Source: a virus (taxonomy: Duplodnaviria; Caudoviricetes). From it: DNA of 64,000 bases. Below are positions 18,963 to 29,505 of this stretch, piece by piece. The stretch spans positions 31,577 through 95,576 of the IMG/VR virus record IMGVR_UViG_3300013830_000006; one strand, written 5' to 3'. A model generated the notes under the pieces. It did not search any database, was not told where the DNA came from, and was given only the letters and a program-made list of their open reading frames with translations. Each line of letters starts with the position of its first letter. Position 1 is the first letter of the stretch. The translations under genes and the position numbers were made by a program.

Positions 18963-19838
18963 TCAGATACCTTTAGCAAAAGAAATACTGCTAGCACCCA
19001 AGGTAAGACTACTGCCACCGCCATGCTTGCCAGTACCCTTAAATTTAAGTGTCATATCGCCATCTGCACTGGCATTAAAATTACTCTTAGTCTGCTGCGT
19101 AATATCAGATTTAGCTGCCATAACTATCTCGTTATTAGTTGATCTGATAGTTAACTTACCTTTACAGATGATATTAATATCTTCTCCATCCAACTGAATA
19201 AGTGAACCTTTTTCATTGGCCATGGTAATACATTGCTTATTAGTATCGATGATAAACATATTCTGTTTTTCATCAGCTAGCATTATCTGACTGGTTTCTG
19301 GAGATATCTTAAATTTATATTGATGTTCTTCTCCATCAGACTGAGATGTGGATAAAAGAATATGCTTATGTTTTCTGGTATCCATCTCAAGGAAATAAGT
19401 ATTATCATCAGTAAGATTACAATCATTCTCTAAAGTATCATTAACCTGCCATCTTACTCTCTCAGTTTTTCTTAATGATTGAGATCTATCACAGCCTATC
19501 CAATACCACTGATCGCTATCGCCATATTGAAATATCTTAACTATTTCACCTTTACGCACATCAGGAGGATAAGCTCTATTACTACATGCAAAATCACCGC
19601 CATAAGTGCAATCAATGTAATTCTTGCAGGTTGCACTGGATGTAGTAGCTACTCCATTTTTATCTACTGATTTGGAAATACTATCTACATTCTTAGCCTG
19701 TAATTCACCTTGCATCAAAAATAAAAGATCCTTACAATATACTTTAAGATCTCTGCTGTTATCAGCTTTATCGCAAACAGCTATACCTTCGTATTCTCTT
19801 CTTGAATTGTTCTGACCGGCGTCAATACTTCCTTGCAT
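18963..19838 (-). CDS. Baseplate central spike protein (gpV/gp5/VgrG-like)
   Basis: OB-fold-like PPDVRKGEIV...QWYW followed by beta-helix-like repeats; directly upstream of PAAR. Confidence 0.7.
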   Translation of the reverse strand: MQGSIDAGQNNSRREYEGIAVCDKADNSRDLKVYCKDLLFLMQGELQAKNVDSISKSVDKNGVATTSSATCKNYIDCTYGGDFACSNRAYPPDVRKGEIVKIFQYGDSDQWYWIGCDRSQSLRKTERVRWQVNDTLENDCNLTDDNTYFLEMDTRKHKHILLSTSQSDGEEHQYKFKISPETSQIMLADEKQNMFIIDTNKQCITMANEKGSLIQLDGEDINIICKGKLTIRSTNNEIVMAAKSDITQQTKSNFNASADGDMTLKFKGTGKHGGGSSLTLGASSISFAKGI

Positions 19839-19928
19839 ATACGTTCCTTTATGAAAAAAAAATCTCCCCATGCGTGCATGAGGAGATCCAAATTATATTC
19901 GAATATAGTTCGTTAGTTTATTATTCTT

Positions 19929-20963
19929 TTACATGAACGGATTGCCTGATTTCCCGCCATTGTCCGAAACATGTATGGGATCAAACATTCCGCCAGAACC
20001 CATCTGTGCATATGGATTAACGGGCATCTGCATCATCATATAAGGTTGCGGTATCTGTACTGCAGGTGGAACAAACGATACTGGCGCAACAGGTATCGCT
20101 ACTGGTGTAACGGGCTGACCCCAAGGAGTAGTCGATGCAGGTACTGCCGGTTTAACAATCTGTCCGTTAGTGCAGGAAGTACACCACTTAGCCTTGTTAT
20201 AATACAGCTCAAGGTTAGGCAGATGCGCTCTGATTGCTGCAGTATCTACGTAAATCTCAATCAGCTTTAAAGGTTCTTTCAGTGCATCGAATACATTAAG
20301 GAATACTTTTACATATGCCTCAAATGTAGGAATAGCTGCTGATGAAGGGCCTTCACTGAGAGTCTTCAGATCATTCGTTTTGAATAACTTCAAAACTATT
20401 TGCTGAAGTGGTTCCCAGGTTGATTTACGAATTCCCGGATACACTTTCTTTGATGAATCATTGAACAAAGCGCACTTTACTTCGCACACTTTCTTCTGCT
20501 TGTTGTAATACAGCTTAATGAAATCCTCCATCTTGGAAGATATCTTATTAAACTCAGTAAGCATTTTGTTATCAATCATGTTAGCATACTTGCCGACATA
20601 CTTGATAAGTTCACTGCCATCAGTAGCAGTTTCATCCTCTTTCTTATCAACTGATGCATTCTCAAGAATATACTTCATCAGTGCAATTACCAAGCCACTG
20701 ACCAGAGTATTTCTTGTACGATAGAACCAGTTGTCCTGATTGCCCAGATCGCCATCCGCAAACGGATTAACAATTACAACATCTCTTGCCTGAGTGCCGT
20801 AAATAGCAAGCTTCTTAGACTTACTTCCCTGAGAAATCTCTTCTACCTCGTTAGTCGCAACGTTTCTGATAAACTTTTCAGAATTACGATCGACTTCGTT
20901 ACTCCCACCTAACTCGAGAAGCTCGGTAAGAAAATTCGAAATGTCCTCATCACTAAATGTCAT
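19929..20963 (-). CDS. Conserved jumbo-phage protein (phiKZ gp70-like)
   Basis: Synteny after the PicA-like gene; Pro-rich disordered tail. Confidence 0.55.
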   Translation of the reverse strand: MTFSDEDISNFLTELLELGGSNEVDRNSEKFIRNVATNEVEEISQGSKSKKLAIYGTQARDVVIVNPFADGDLGNQDNWFYRTRNTLVSGLVIALMKYILENASVDKKEDETATDGSELIKYVGKYANMIDNKMLTEFNKISSKMEDFIKLYYNKQKKVCEVKCALFNDSSKKVYPGIRKSTWEPLQQIVLKLFKTNDLKTLSEGPSSAAIPTFEAYVKVFLNVFDALKEPLKLIEIYVDTAAIRAHLPNLELYYNKAKWCTSCTNGQIVKPAVPASTTPWGQPVTPVAIPVAPVSFVPPAVQIPQPYMMMQMPVNPYAQMGSGGMFDPIHVSDNGGKSGNPFM

Positions 20964-20972
20964 GATTCACTC

Positions 20973-22532
20973 CTAATACATTGTTGGATTGGAAGTTAAA
21001 GCGCTTCCAAGTATTCTTAACTGACCAGCATTATGTTCGCACTGATCACTATTCCCCATTAATCCACTTCCTACTCCTCCCAGACTATTATTGGTCACAG
21101 AAACACCCTTATCATTATAGTCGTCCATTAGCATTAAATTGACAACAGTGTCTCCACCTACAGAACAGAACACATCACACCTTACTTCACCAAAATTAGC
21201 AACAATCGGTTGCATAACATCATCAATGATATCACGCTTCAGATTAAGTGCTGTTGTTTTATAATTATAATCATCCATAGGTATCAGTGTCATCATGTAT
21301 TTAATCGCACAGAGACCTTTATAATTATGCATATCGCCACCGGTGCTATAAGAACTATACGAAAATACAGCATCAGTTACCAATCTATTAATTAAAGTAG
21401 TTGGCATTGCCGATGTGATAATCGCGGTCGCAATATTCTGTCTGGTAGGACCACCGGTATCTCTTACATTAAGATTACCAAATGAATAGTTCATAGGGGC
21501 CTCAATCTTATGAACTCTCAGTGATGATCCCGGCCACATCTGATTGATATCTTCAAACGAATACGATCTATCGATCTGCAGCTCTTTTCTGTGAGCAGTA
21601 CAGTTAACTGTTTCGCTATAATCCTCAATTTGCTGACCCCAATCAGACAGCATATTCTCACTGCCATACAACTTATTGTTTGAACCGGCACGGTAGCCAT
21701 TGTCAACTCTTACATAAGTTGATAATCCAGTCATCAGTCTACTAAGATGTTCAGTAGGAGAATTGAATCCTGCATCTGTTGGTTTAGCAGTTGTAAATGA
21801 TTTGATAGGAATCGGGCTGAATCCTGATGAATCAAACTCACTTGGATTATAAGATCCAACACAACTTCTTTCCAAAATATCCTTAGGAGTATTCAGAAAC
21901 AAATCGTCTCCGCCAGATAATTGTTGCGTTAACTGACTCGGAATAATATCACTGTCCCAGATGGATTTATCAATTGTTGGAATACTACTGCCGAAATCTC
22001 CAATAGACGACACTGCTTCATGATACTTAGTTACATGTGTTATCCAAAACATCGCATGTGGATTATATCGCTGAGATGCTGTTATACCAGATACTATCCC
22101 AAGTTCTATAGGATCATCCTGTACATATCCAGTATAAACAACACGATCATTACCAATGAGTTTGGAATACGGGTTATTAATATCAAGAACTAATACAAAA
22201 GTCCATGATCCCGCAAGTACATTGGTATTGATAGGTTCTGCATCAGCTGATGGCAGAACGCATTCAGCACAAGTACCACCGAGTTTGGAATCCTTGGGAG
22301 TAATACCGCCTAGTGTATTCGCTTTATCGAGATAATTCTCAATTCTGCGAATGTCATTGCTACCAAAACGATAATTAATCGACCTCCTGTACTGAGGGAT
22401 AACTTCCTTTGGCGGAATTAAATACAGAATAGCCTTAGTACCTGTCATATCAGGTAACTTGAACTGCTCCGACTGGTTTATCTGAGCGGATACATCGGTA
22501 GAGAACATACCGCCATTATCAGGAAACTCCAT
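20973..22532 (-). CDS. picA: PicA/Imp1-like nuclear protein import factor (phiKZ gp69-like)
   Basis: Size (519 aa) and position between the gp68-like and gp70-like genes; mainly synteny. Confidence 0.6.
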   Translation of the reverse strand: MEFPDNGGMFSTDVSAQINQSEQFKLPDMTGTKAILYLIPPKEVIPQYRRSINYRFGSNDIRRIENYLDKANTLGGITPKDSKLGGTCAECVLPSADAEPINTNVLAGSWTFVLVLDINNPYSKLIGNDRVVYTGYVQDDPIELGIVSGITASQRYNPHAMFWITHVTKYHEAVSSIGDFGSSIPTIDKSIWDSDIIPSQLTQQLSGGDDLFLNTPKDILERSCVGSYNPSEFDSSGFSPIPIKSFTTAKPTDAGFNSPTEHLSRLMTGLSTYVRVDNGYRAGSNNKLYGSENMLSDWGQQIEDYSETVNCTAHRKELQIDRSYSFEDINQMWPGSSLRVHKIEAPMNYSFGNLNVRDTGGPTRQNIATAIITSAMPTTLINRLVTDAVFSYSSYSTGGDMHNYKGLCAIKYMMTLIPMDDYNYKTTALNLKRDIIDDVMQPIVANFGEVRCDVFCSVGGDTVVNLMLMDDYNDKGVSVTNNSLGGVGSGLMGNSDQCEHNAGQLRILGSALTSNPTMY

Positions 22533-23722
22533 TATAACCTCCTGTATGAATAATCAAGCCTAATAAATCCATCATCAAGAGCTGATGCTATGATCAGGTC
22601 AACAACAAGCATATAGCTATTGTCTCCCAATGCTCTGATAATCAGCATATCATTAGGCGTCTTATCTATTACCACATCAGTAAACTTCCCTGAGGGTAAT
22701 ACCCTTTTGATTATGTTTGATCCACGCTGTATCACATCAGTAAACAGATCATCAAACTGCTTCTGATTACTGGTATCAGTGTAAATTAATTCATAATCCC
22801 ATTTAGGTAATATATACCTAAAACACATTTGAACAGCTGGTAGCTGCAACAGCCGTCTTATCCAGTCTAATAGTTCAGGACTAAACGTTGTTATCTGTCT
22901 GACCTGACTATGATTTATTGCTCTTATTGAGCCATCTCTATATGCTCTAAGATCACTTTTATCTAAAATGTCATATGCACATTTTAACGTAAAATTATCC
23001 AGCGAAAGATCATATGGCAATATAGGTTTACTCCAACGATACAGAAATTCATCTACATTTTTGTTCTCCTTAAACATATTCAGACAATAATCAAATGCGC
23101 AATTGAATAGTCCATACATTGACCCATCATTATACGCATTAAAATCCTTGCTAAAGCTCACGTTGCTAAACACCGGCAAATACGTATCACAGCAACTATC
23201 AAGATTTATGTATCCAGGCGCATCATTATCAGTAAAACTAATAAAACTGTTCCGCATACGTGAACCTTGATTATCAAGGCAACTCATGCATGTTTCACCT
23301 TGCGTTATCATGTCGTATCTGTCGCTGATATCATAGAACGCATCATCATTATCACGCCAAAAACATCTAATAGCCTCTTTTAATGCTTCATCTCTTGCGA
23401 ATACCACCTCCTTATCAGGTTCAGATATCTTAGAAAGTTCATTAACTCCCGCAACATGAGTCAAAACGATTACGTCACTCGGATGAAATATTCTTGTACG
23501 TATGGGATAAATAAATGCTCCATACCTTAAAAATACTCTTTCAATTAAGTAATCATTTTGCTCCCGAATGATGATACGCGTTGCATCTTTAGGTATTACG
23601 AATTTATTACCAAATACAATGTCACAGAATCCATTGTACAGGCAAGACATCGATGCGCCAGAAGAAGCATACTGCGTATCATCCTGATTCAGACATTTAG
23701 TTTCGCTATAATAAACTAGCAT
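22532..23722 (-). CDS. Hypothetical protein
   Basis: 396-aa ORF overlapping both neighbours. Confidence 0.6.
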   Translation of the reverse strand: MLVYYSETKCLNQDDTQYASSGASMSCLYNGFCDIVFGNKFVIPKDATRIIIREQNDYLIERVFLRYGAFIYPIRTRIFHPSDVIVLTHVAGVNELSKISEPDKEVVFARDEALKEAIRCFWRDNDDAFYDISDRYDMITQGETCMSCLDNQGSRMRNSFISFTDNDAPGYINLDSCCDTYLPVFSNVSFSKDFNAYNDGSMYGLFNCAFDYCLNMFKENKNVDEFLYRWSKPILPYDLSLDNFTLKCAYDILDKSDLRAYRDGSIRAINHSQVRQITTFSPELLDWIRRLLQLPAVQMCFRYILPKWDYELIYTDTSNQKQFDDLFTDVIQRGSNIIKRVLPSGKFTDVVIDKTPNDMLIIRALGDNSYMLVVDLIIASALDDGFIRLDYSYRRL

Positions 23723-25443
23723 TCATCCTGCCTACTAAACAAATCATTAATAAAATCACAGATTGTTGTGGCTAGTGTGATTGGTGGAGTATAGATTTTG
23801 TTAGTCTGGGTAACTTCTTCTCCCATCATCTCACAGATTGTTGTGGCTAGTGTGATTGGTGGAGTATAGATTTTGTTAGTCTGGGTAACTTCTTCTCCCA
23901 TCATCTCACAGATTGCTGGAGCAGTATTATACAGATAAGTTCTTGATGTGACATCATTGATTAACTTCTCCAATGCAGTATCCCATCTAAGAGCTCGTGC
24001 AGTTTCAAAATTAAACCGTTCGTCACAGTTTCTGTATGAGTTGCTGCTTTTCCAAGATTCTCTCAGCCGCATTTCATTACTGTTCTGCATTAATTTAAGA
24101 TTATTGGTAGGAAGCAGAGATAACAAGTGAACCATATCTCTAAAATTCTTACGATAACAATAAATCTGTGCTAACGGTAATAATGCTGCCAAATCATTAA
24201 GAGTCAAAGACTCTATTGACTTAGCACCGCAAAGATCTCTTCCAAATAACGTTGATAAAATAAATTCATTGTTATTCCCTAATGTCGGATGACTCATTTC
24301 TGAATAGTATACATATGCTGCGTCATATACCTCTCTATCAATACTGAATTCATTCAGATAGTGTTTAATCGTCTCCTGCACAGCAAACGAAATTATCAAA
24401 TTGAAATCAGCTGTTTCTTTAGAAGCAGATGATTCAGCCTCAAGCACTGAACTATTGCCATCATCATAAGACTCCTCAAATTCATCCGGGAGTTTACGTT
24501 CAGCAACAGTTATCTTACCTCCATCTTTCTTAGAACCTGACGACTTAGTAGATACTATACCTTTAGCACAGGTATTAACATAAGTCATTAGGTTACTTTC
24601 AGTGTTAGACAAATCCACAGTTATGAACTTTCTGGTATACATCGAAGCAGTAACTGCCATCTTCGACATATCTGTTGAAAATCCATTATACAGATTAGTC
24701 AGTTTATTTTTAGACATAGCCTTTTCATTACTGTCAATAGTATTTGCCAGATAATTCTCCAGCTTATCTGCAATAGCCTGACACTTATTAGCTATGATAT
24801 CTCTGAAAATATTAGCCGCATGAATCTCTTTAAAGTTCTGCGAGATATCCATGTTACTGCATTCACGAATAAACACACCAACTATCGGCGTCATCAGCTT
24901 ACACAATACTGCTACAGCTGTGAGATCAACCAAGTCAGGAGTCTTGAATGTCATCTCATCTGAATCCTGAGCACGAGATCCGATATTATCAGCTACCTTA
25001 ATCGGAATATTCTTTTCAACGTACTCATGTATCTTATGATACAAATCAATCTTGAGATCAAGACTTGCTACTGTATCAGACAACTTAGTTTCAAGTTCAT
25101 GAACCAGATTAGCATTGTGATTCTTGATGTGATTGATTTCAGCATCGTTCATTCCCAGACTAATATGCTTCTGATGAGATGTTGTTAACTGAATGTCCTG
25201 ATGACACGCACAATAACAGCCTGCCAGATAAATCTGCTCTTCACCCGACAGAGTATTAACAAAAGCTTCCGGAATACTAAATACTTTATCCCACTCCTCC
25301 TGAGACTGATTAGCACCCAACGCCTTATAAGTACTGATACTGAAAACAAGCAGACTCTTTAAATCTTCAGGAATCTCTAATCCTTCGGTATCAATAACTA
25401 CCAATGCTTTACCAGCATCATCATACTTTTTAACGAATTTCAT
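23716..25443 (-). CDS. nvRNAP promoter-specificity subunit (phiKZ gp68-like)
   Basis: Synteny, size, own early promoter; AGGAG SD before the ATG at 25443. Confidence 0.65.
   Translation of the reverse strand: MKFVKKYDDAGKALVVIDTEGLEIPEDLKSLLVFSISTYKALGANQSQEEWDKVFSIPEAFVNTLSGEEQIYLAGCYCACHQDIQLTTSHQKHISLGMNDAEINHIKNHNANLVHELETKLSDTVASLDLKIDLYHKIHEYVEKNIPIKVADNIGSRAQDSDEMTFKTPDLVDLTAVAVLCKLMTPIVGVFIRECSNMDISQNFKEIHAANIFRDIIANKCQAIADKLENYLANTIDSNEKAMSKNKLTNLYNGFSTDMSKMAVTASMYTRKFITVDLSNTESNLMTYVNTCAKGIVSTKSSGSKKDGGKITVAERKLPDEFEESYDDGNSSVLEAESSASKETADFNLIISFAVQETIKHYLNEFSIDREVYDAAYVYYSEMSHPTLGNNNEFILSTLFGRDLCGAKSIESLTLNDLAALLPLAQIYCYRKNFRDMVHLLSLLPTNNLKLMQNSNEMRLRESWKSSNSYRNCDERFNFETARALRWDTALEKLINDVTSRTYLYNTAPAICEMMGEEVTQTNKIYTPPITLATTICEMMGEEVTQTNKIYTPPITLATTICDFINDLFSRQDEC
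23756..23915. repeat. Perfect 75-bp tandem duplication (two units plus a 10-bp third start)
   Basis: Units begin at 23756 and 23831; TCACAGATTG recurs at 23906; duplicates EMMGEEVTQTNKIYTPPITLATTIC. Confidence 0.95.
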
Positions 25444-25480
25444 AATACTCCTTTTAATTAACACAAAGTACTGCAATATA

Positions 25481-25490
25481 GTAATATATA
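25481..25490 (-). promoter_or_regulatory. Early promoter motif TATATATTAC
   Basis: Consensus match; TCA 13 nt upstream. Confidence 0.7.
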
Positions 25491-25607
25491 TTTTCAAGTA
25501 CTTTGATTAATAATCAAATTATGCATATGTTATTTAACTATTGATTTGAAGAATAAAAATAAGTACCACCCTACTTAAAGGGTGGTACCTATTCTATCAA
25601 TTAAACC

Positions 25608-26228
25608 TTAAAGTAAATTATCTAAATCGTCATCTCCGCCTTTAAACGGGTCGGCTGAGTTAGATTGCTTTCTATATCCTTCAGATGTCAGATGCTGCTT
25701 ATTAGGTCCAGTGTTGCCAGTTCTACTAGGGAATTTAGTAAGGTTCCATCTGGTAAGTTCCATAGCTGTATAAATCATCTTATCGAGAACATCATAAAAT
25801 TCCTGAAGTCCCAATACGCTCTTTCTCTCTTCACTAAGACTATCATCACCGTTAGAGAACGTACCTCTTCCTCTCATTCTAAATGTCATAGGAGCAGTAG
25901 TAGGTGTGCTAACCTCAATACTCAAAAGTCTCTTGTCATCTTTAATAAAAGTAACATTAATACCTGTTTTATAGCTCTTGGTGTCAGCATCATAGACTAA
26001 CTGAATAAAAGGAAGTCTGGTACCAGGATTAGCAGTAGTAGCTTCCTTGGCTAATCTCTTAAGTTCCCTGATGAAAGAAAGATTGAGACTAAGCTTAACA
26101 ACCGGCTTGTTAATTCCTTTCTTAAAAACTGCGAGACTTGCGTTACCAGCATAAGCTCCAATCTGAAGGTTATCGCCATCACGATTAGTAGTTCCCCATA
26201 ACTTCTGTAAATCAAAATTGTTTTCCAT
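25608..26228 (-). CDS. ChmC-like nucleus-associated nucleic-acid-binding protein (phiKZ gp67-like)
   Basis: Immediately upstream of the gp68-like gene; duplicated beta-beta-alpha pattern and disordered acidic tail (GGDDDLDNLL). Confidence 0.5.
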   Translation of the reverse strand: MENNFDLQKLWGTTNRDGDNLQIGAYAGNASLAVFKKGINKPVVKLSLNLSFIRELKRLAKEATTANPGTRLPFIQLVYDADTKSYKTGINVTFIKDDKRLLSIEVSTPTTAPMTFRMRGRGTFSNGDDSLSEERKSVLGLQEFYDVLDKMIYTAMELTRWNLTKFPSRTGNTGPNKQHLTSEGYRKQSNSADPFKGGDDDLDNLL

Positions 26229-26236
26229 AATTCTCC

Positions 26237-27124
26237 TCAAATATCAGGTCTAATAAATTGAGCGTATGAAGCAATGTTCATACTGATTAATGATTTTAGT
26301 ATTTCCTTATCAGGTAATACATTCCATGATTCCTTTTCAGCTCGATCGCTAATAAGCTTTTTAGTCTTATTATCAACCAGTTGCTTAATATACCATTTAT
26401 CGCCAAGAAGTAAATGAGTATATTTATTAAAAGGAACTGAATCTAACTGAAATACTTTCTTGCCAAAATCCTTTTTAGTTTTGAAAGCACCAGTATAAGA
26501 TTCCAATAGAGTAAATTCATCAAACACTTTATATAAATGAAAATCTAATGGCACATGACTTATCATTAAAGTCTTTCTATACTGAAGCCCTTCATATTGA
26601 TGCATTAGTTCTTTTGCTAACTCTTTATGAGGATATCCAATCTTGTCATTAGATTCAAAAAATAAAATATCTGTATCTTCATAGGAAGCAGTAAATTCTC
26701 TGCTTTTTAATTTCTCTGCAACCAGGTTTCTTATTTTCCATCTATCTTCTGTACCTTTGGGTAATTTATCACGTATATGCTCATGCGGAAGATTCTCATA
26801 CTTATTCATATAGAAGCATACCATTGCTCTGATTTTAGAACCTCTGGGTAGCACCATTGAATTATAGCTTGCTATATACTGTGCCATAACAGTTATATCG
26901 GTTATAACATTTTCTATCATCTGAGTATTGGTAACTTCTTCTTTAGTTTTCCTATCTCTGATAATCGTTTCAACATTAACCAAATACAGTGTCCAAGGTA
27001 TTCTGTTTCTGGACTTCGACAATCCAGCCAGTGCATTCAATATAGGTATGATGCCATAACTGACAACCATACCGTTATATAACTGTGGCTGATCTGGCGT
27101 CAAAAATTTTACACCATCACCCAT
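26237..27124 (-). CDS. Conserved jumbo-phage protein (phiKZ gp66-like)
   Basis: Synteny; SHVPLDF and LLESYTG segments. Confidence 0.55.
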   Translation of the reverse strand: MGDGVKFLTPDQPQLYNGMVVSYGIIPILNALAGLSKSRNRIPWTLYLVNVETIIRDRKTKEEVTNTQMIENVITDITVMAQYIASYNSMVLPRGSKIRAMVCFYMNKYENLPHEHIRDKLPKGTEDRWKIRNLVAEKLKSREFTASYEDTDILFFESNDKIGYPHKELAKELMHQYEGLQYRKTLMISHVPLDFHLYKVFDEFTLLESYTGAFKTKKDFGKKVFQLDSVPFNKYTHLLLGDKWYIKQLVDNKTKKLISDRAEKESWNVLPDKEILKSLISMNIASYAQFIRPDI

Positions 27125-27140
27125 TTTAATTTATCCTGTT

Positions 27141-28268
27141 TTAAACTTCTACAATATAAGTAAGATACTTATTTATGGTTTCTTTATCGAAAACACCTAA
27201 GTTGTTTTCCAATAAGAATTGACAAATTAAATTAGGAAGATTTTCTCTGCTTGGTTTAATATTGTCAAAAGTATCCAACTCTATATTATCCAGTTTAATT
27301 TCTGTTTTTTCTGTATCAGATATTGGTTTGGAAGTATATCTTAAAGATGGATATTCCTGTAAACAAATTTTATTTAACAATAATCTTATTTCAGGATCGT
27401 TATGTGCTACTCTTACATTACCTGTCTTATTAGGAAAGATATTAGCTATCTGAGAGTTGAAATCTGCTATAATTTCAGCTGTAGTATTCCCCTGGGGGTA
27501 AATAGTCACAAATAATGACGCCTGATCATTCTTGACGAAGGTAGCTTTCCATTTTCCAGATGAATTGTCAAAAGTATAGAAACCTTTAGGTTGTTCCTCA
27601 CCATGAGACATTCTTTCGAATGAACCACAGTAATAAACATTCTTCTTATGGCTGGAAATATGAATATGACCCATGATAATCAAACTATCTTCAGTAGTTA
27701 TCTTATCAAATTGCTCTATAGTGTATGTACAGGGTGGAAGATGATTAGTTGATACTGGAAGAGCATGAGAAAATGTTCCATGACCTAAAACAATATCAAC
27801 AGTTTTCCACCCCATAACAGTAAGCACTTTATCTATATGTTCCATAACTTCTTCACTTCTTTTATAAGAAAGATTATCTGGAATGTATAAAACTTTAAAG
27901 TGCTTGCCTTTGACGACTAAATCTTCACAGGATATCTCATTAATTATTTTCGCATCAGTATCTTTAAGCTTAAGCTCATTAAGAACATTCAATTGATTTC
28001 TATCATGAGAATAAGTACCATGAAGTATTCTTATAGGTACATGAGATTTAGCTGAGAATACAAACAATTCTCTGATGAATTTAGAGATGAAACAATTAGC
28101 ATCACTATTAACTGTAACTAACTGATCAAATAAATCACCTGTTAATAAAACTAAATCAGATGTATCTACCTCAGGATAAAATGATGCTCTTAATTCGTTG
28201 TACAATAAACTGCAGTTGATTCTCGGATTACCAAAATGAAAATCACCTGCTGCTGCTATTTTAGTCAT
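27141..28268 (-). CDS. sbcD: SbcD/Mre11-like metallophosphoesterase nuclease
   Basis: GDFHFG, GDLFD, HGTYSHD, GHIH and GSFER motifs. Confidence 0.88.
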   Translation of the reverse strand: MTKIAAAGDFHFGNPRINCSLLYNELRASFYPEVDTSDLVLLTGDLFDQLVTVNSDANCFISKFIRELFVFSAKSHVPIRILHGTYSHDRNQLNVLNELKLKDTDAKIINEISCEDLVVKGKHFKVLYIPDNLSYKRSEEVMEHIDKVLTVMGWKTVDIVLGHGTFSHALPVSTNHLPPCTYTIEQFDKITTEDSLIIMGHIHISSHKKNVYYCGSFERMSHGEEQPKGFYTFDNSSGKWKATFVKNDQASLFVTIYPQGNTTAEIIADFNSQIANIFPNKTGNVRVAHNDPEIRLLLNKICLQEYPSLRYTSKPISDTEKTEIKLDNIELDTFDNIKPSRENLPNLICQFLLENNLGVFDKETINKYLTYIVEV

Positions 28269-28945
28269 TCTTCAAATACCAATACGTCTTCGTCATCGAC
28301 TTCCGAAGCAGCTGCTTTTTTCTCTTGTACATTCTCCTGTTTTTGGTCATTTACTTCCTCCTTGGGACCATTGTACCAATAATTATTACTGAATGATTTT
28401 GCTAATTTAGCATATTGATTCTGATCAGCTTTAAGTTGATCATTGTCTTGAACACGTAAGATATTACGATACAGATTATCTGTAGCTATTTGTTTTCTTA
28501 CATAAGCAGATGGATTACTTATATCAGATTCTTCAAACGTGCTGGCAAGTATCTGAGTAGCTTCTGCCTGTTCAGCAGTTGTCAAAGTATTTAATCGTCT
28601 GAATAAAGGAGGAAGAACAAAAATCTCTTCTCCACTATAATCATCAACTATATGAATAGGTCGCTGAGTATTGACACTATGATAAAATTCTTCTGATAAC
28701 TCAGCGATATGTTCACGTTCTTCTCTGGTAGCTTCAGTCGAAGCTAAACGATCTCTGGTAGACTTCAGATAAAGAACAGCAAACTTTTCAAAATCAGAAT
28801 GCTTCATATAAGTATCATGTTCAGCATTAGTCACAAAATCCTTATACATCGCATCAATATTACGTTCACGCAATGTTGCTGGATTAGTATCAACAGTGAC
28901 ATTTCGTAATTGCTGATCAAGAGATTCTATGTTTTGATTACTCAT
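28265..28945 (-). CDS. Hypothetical protein
   Basis: 226-aa ORF in the operon. Confidence 0.65.
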   Translation of the reverse strand: MSNQNIESLDQQLRNVTVDTNPATLRERNIDAMYKDFVTNAEHDTYMKHSDFEKFAVLYLKSTRDRLASTEATREEREHIAELSEEFYHSVNTQRPIHIVDDYSGEEIFVLPPLFRRLNTLTTAEQAEATQILASTFEESDISNPSAYVRKQIATDNLYRNILRVQDNDQLKADQNQYAKLAKSFSNNYWYNGPKEEVNDQKQENVQEKKAAASEVDDEDVLVFEE

Positions 28946-28948
28946 ATC

Positions 28949-29398
28949 TTACTCCAAACTTGCTGTATCTGTAGTATTACTAAACTTTAATTTTATTTCA
29001 TTAGTCTTTTTATCTGTAGTTATATCACCGGTAATGAAAGCCGATTCAAAACCTGTAGATGACATAGGTTCTATAGCTATTTTAAAAGCTATAGTGTATA
29101 ATCCATTCTTTACATCTTTTTGATAATCAGATACTGAAAATTCACAATCAAAATTATAATCCCTAAATTTATTAGACAAAAAATTTTTTACAGTACTTTC
29201 TAACGTACTGGCAAATAAATCTCTGTCGCTATCATACTTGGAAGATAAGTATCTGAAACTATATAATCGATCTTCCCAGAGATCAGAAGTTCCGCCTGGA
29301 TTCATGATAAAAAATTTAACGAAATGCATAACCTGATCTCTAACATCAGTCAGATATCCAGCTGATGAAGATAAAGTAGGTGTTATACTTATGGCCAT
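28949..29398 (-). CDS. Conserved jumbo-phage protein (possibly gp25-like baseplate)
   Basis: 149-aa ORF; PTLS...GY N-terminus recalled from phiKZ-like core genes. Confidence 0.5.
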   Translation of the reverse strand: MAISITPTLSSSAGYLTDVRDQVMHFVKFFIMNPGGTSDLWEDRLYSFRYLSSKYDSDRDLFASTLESTVKNFLSNKFRDYNFDCEFSVSDYQKDVKNGLYTIAFKIAIEPMSSTGFESAFITGDITTDKKTNEIKLKFSNTTDTASLE

Positions 29399-29505
29399 AG
29401 ATATTATCCTTGATTTTACTGTACTATCTTATAATCAGCTGTAAACAAAAAATAAAAGCAGCAGTCTTTCGACTGCTGCCCATTATTACTACAACCTATC
29501 AGAAA

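Noticed and set aside
18652-19838. Type VI secretion system remnant
   Set aside because: No tss genes; PAAR plus spike is a normal contractile-tail component in this phage context
23756-23915. CRISPR array or DGR TR/VR pair
   Set aside because: The units are contiguous and identical, with no spacers and no adenine-specific differences
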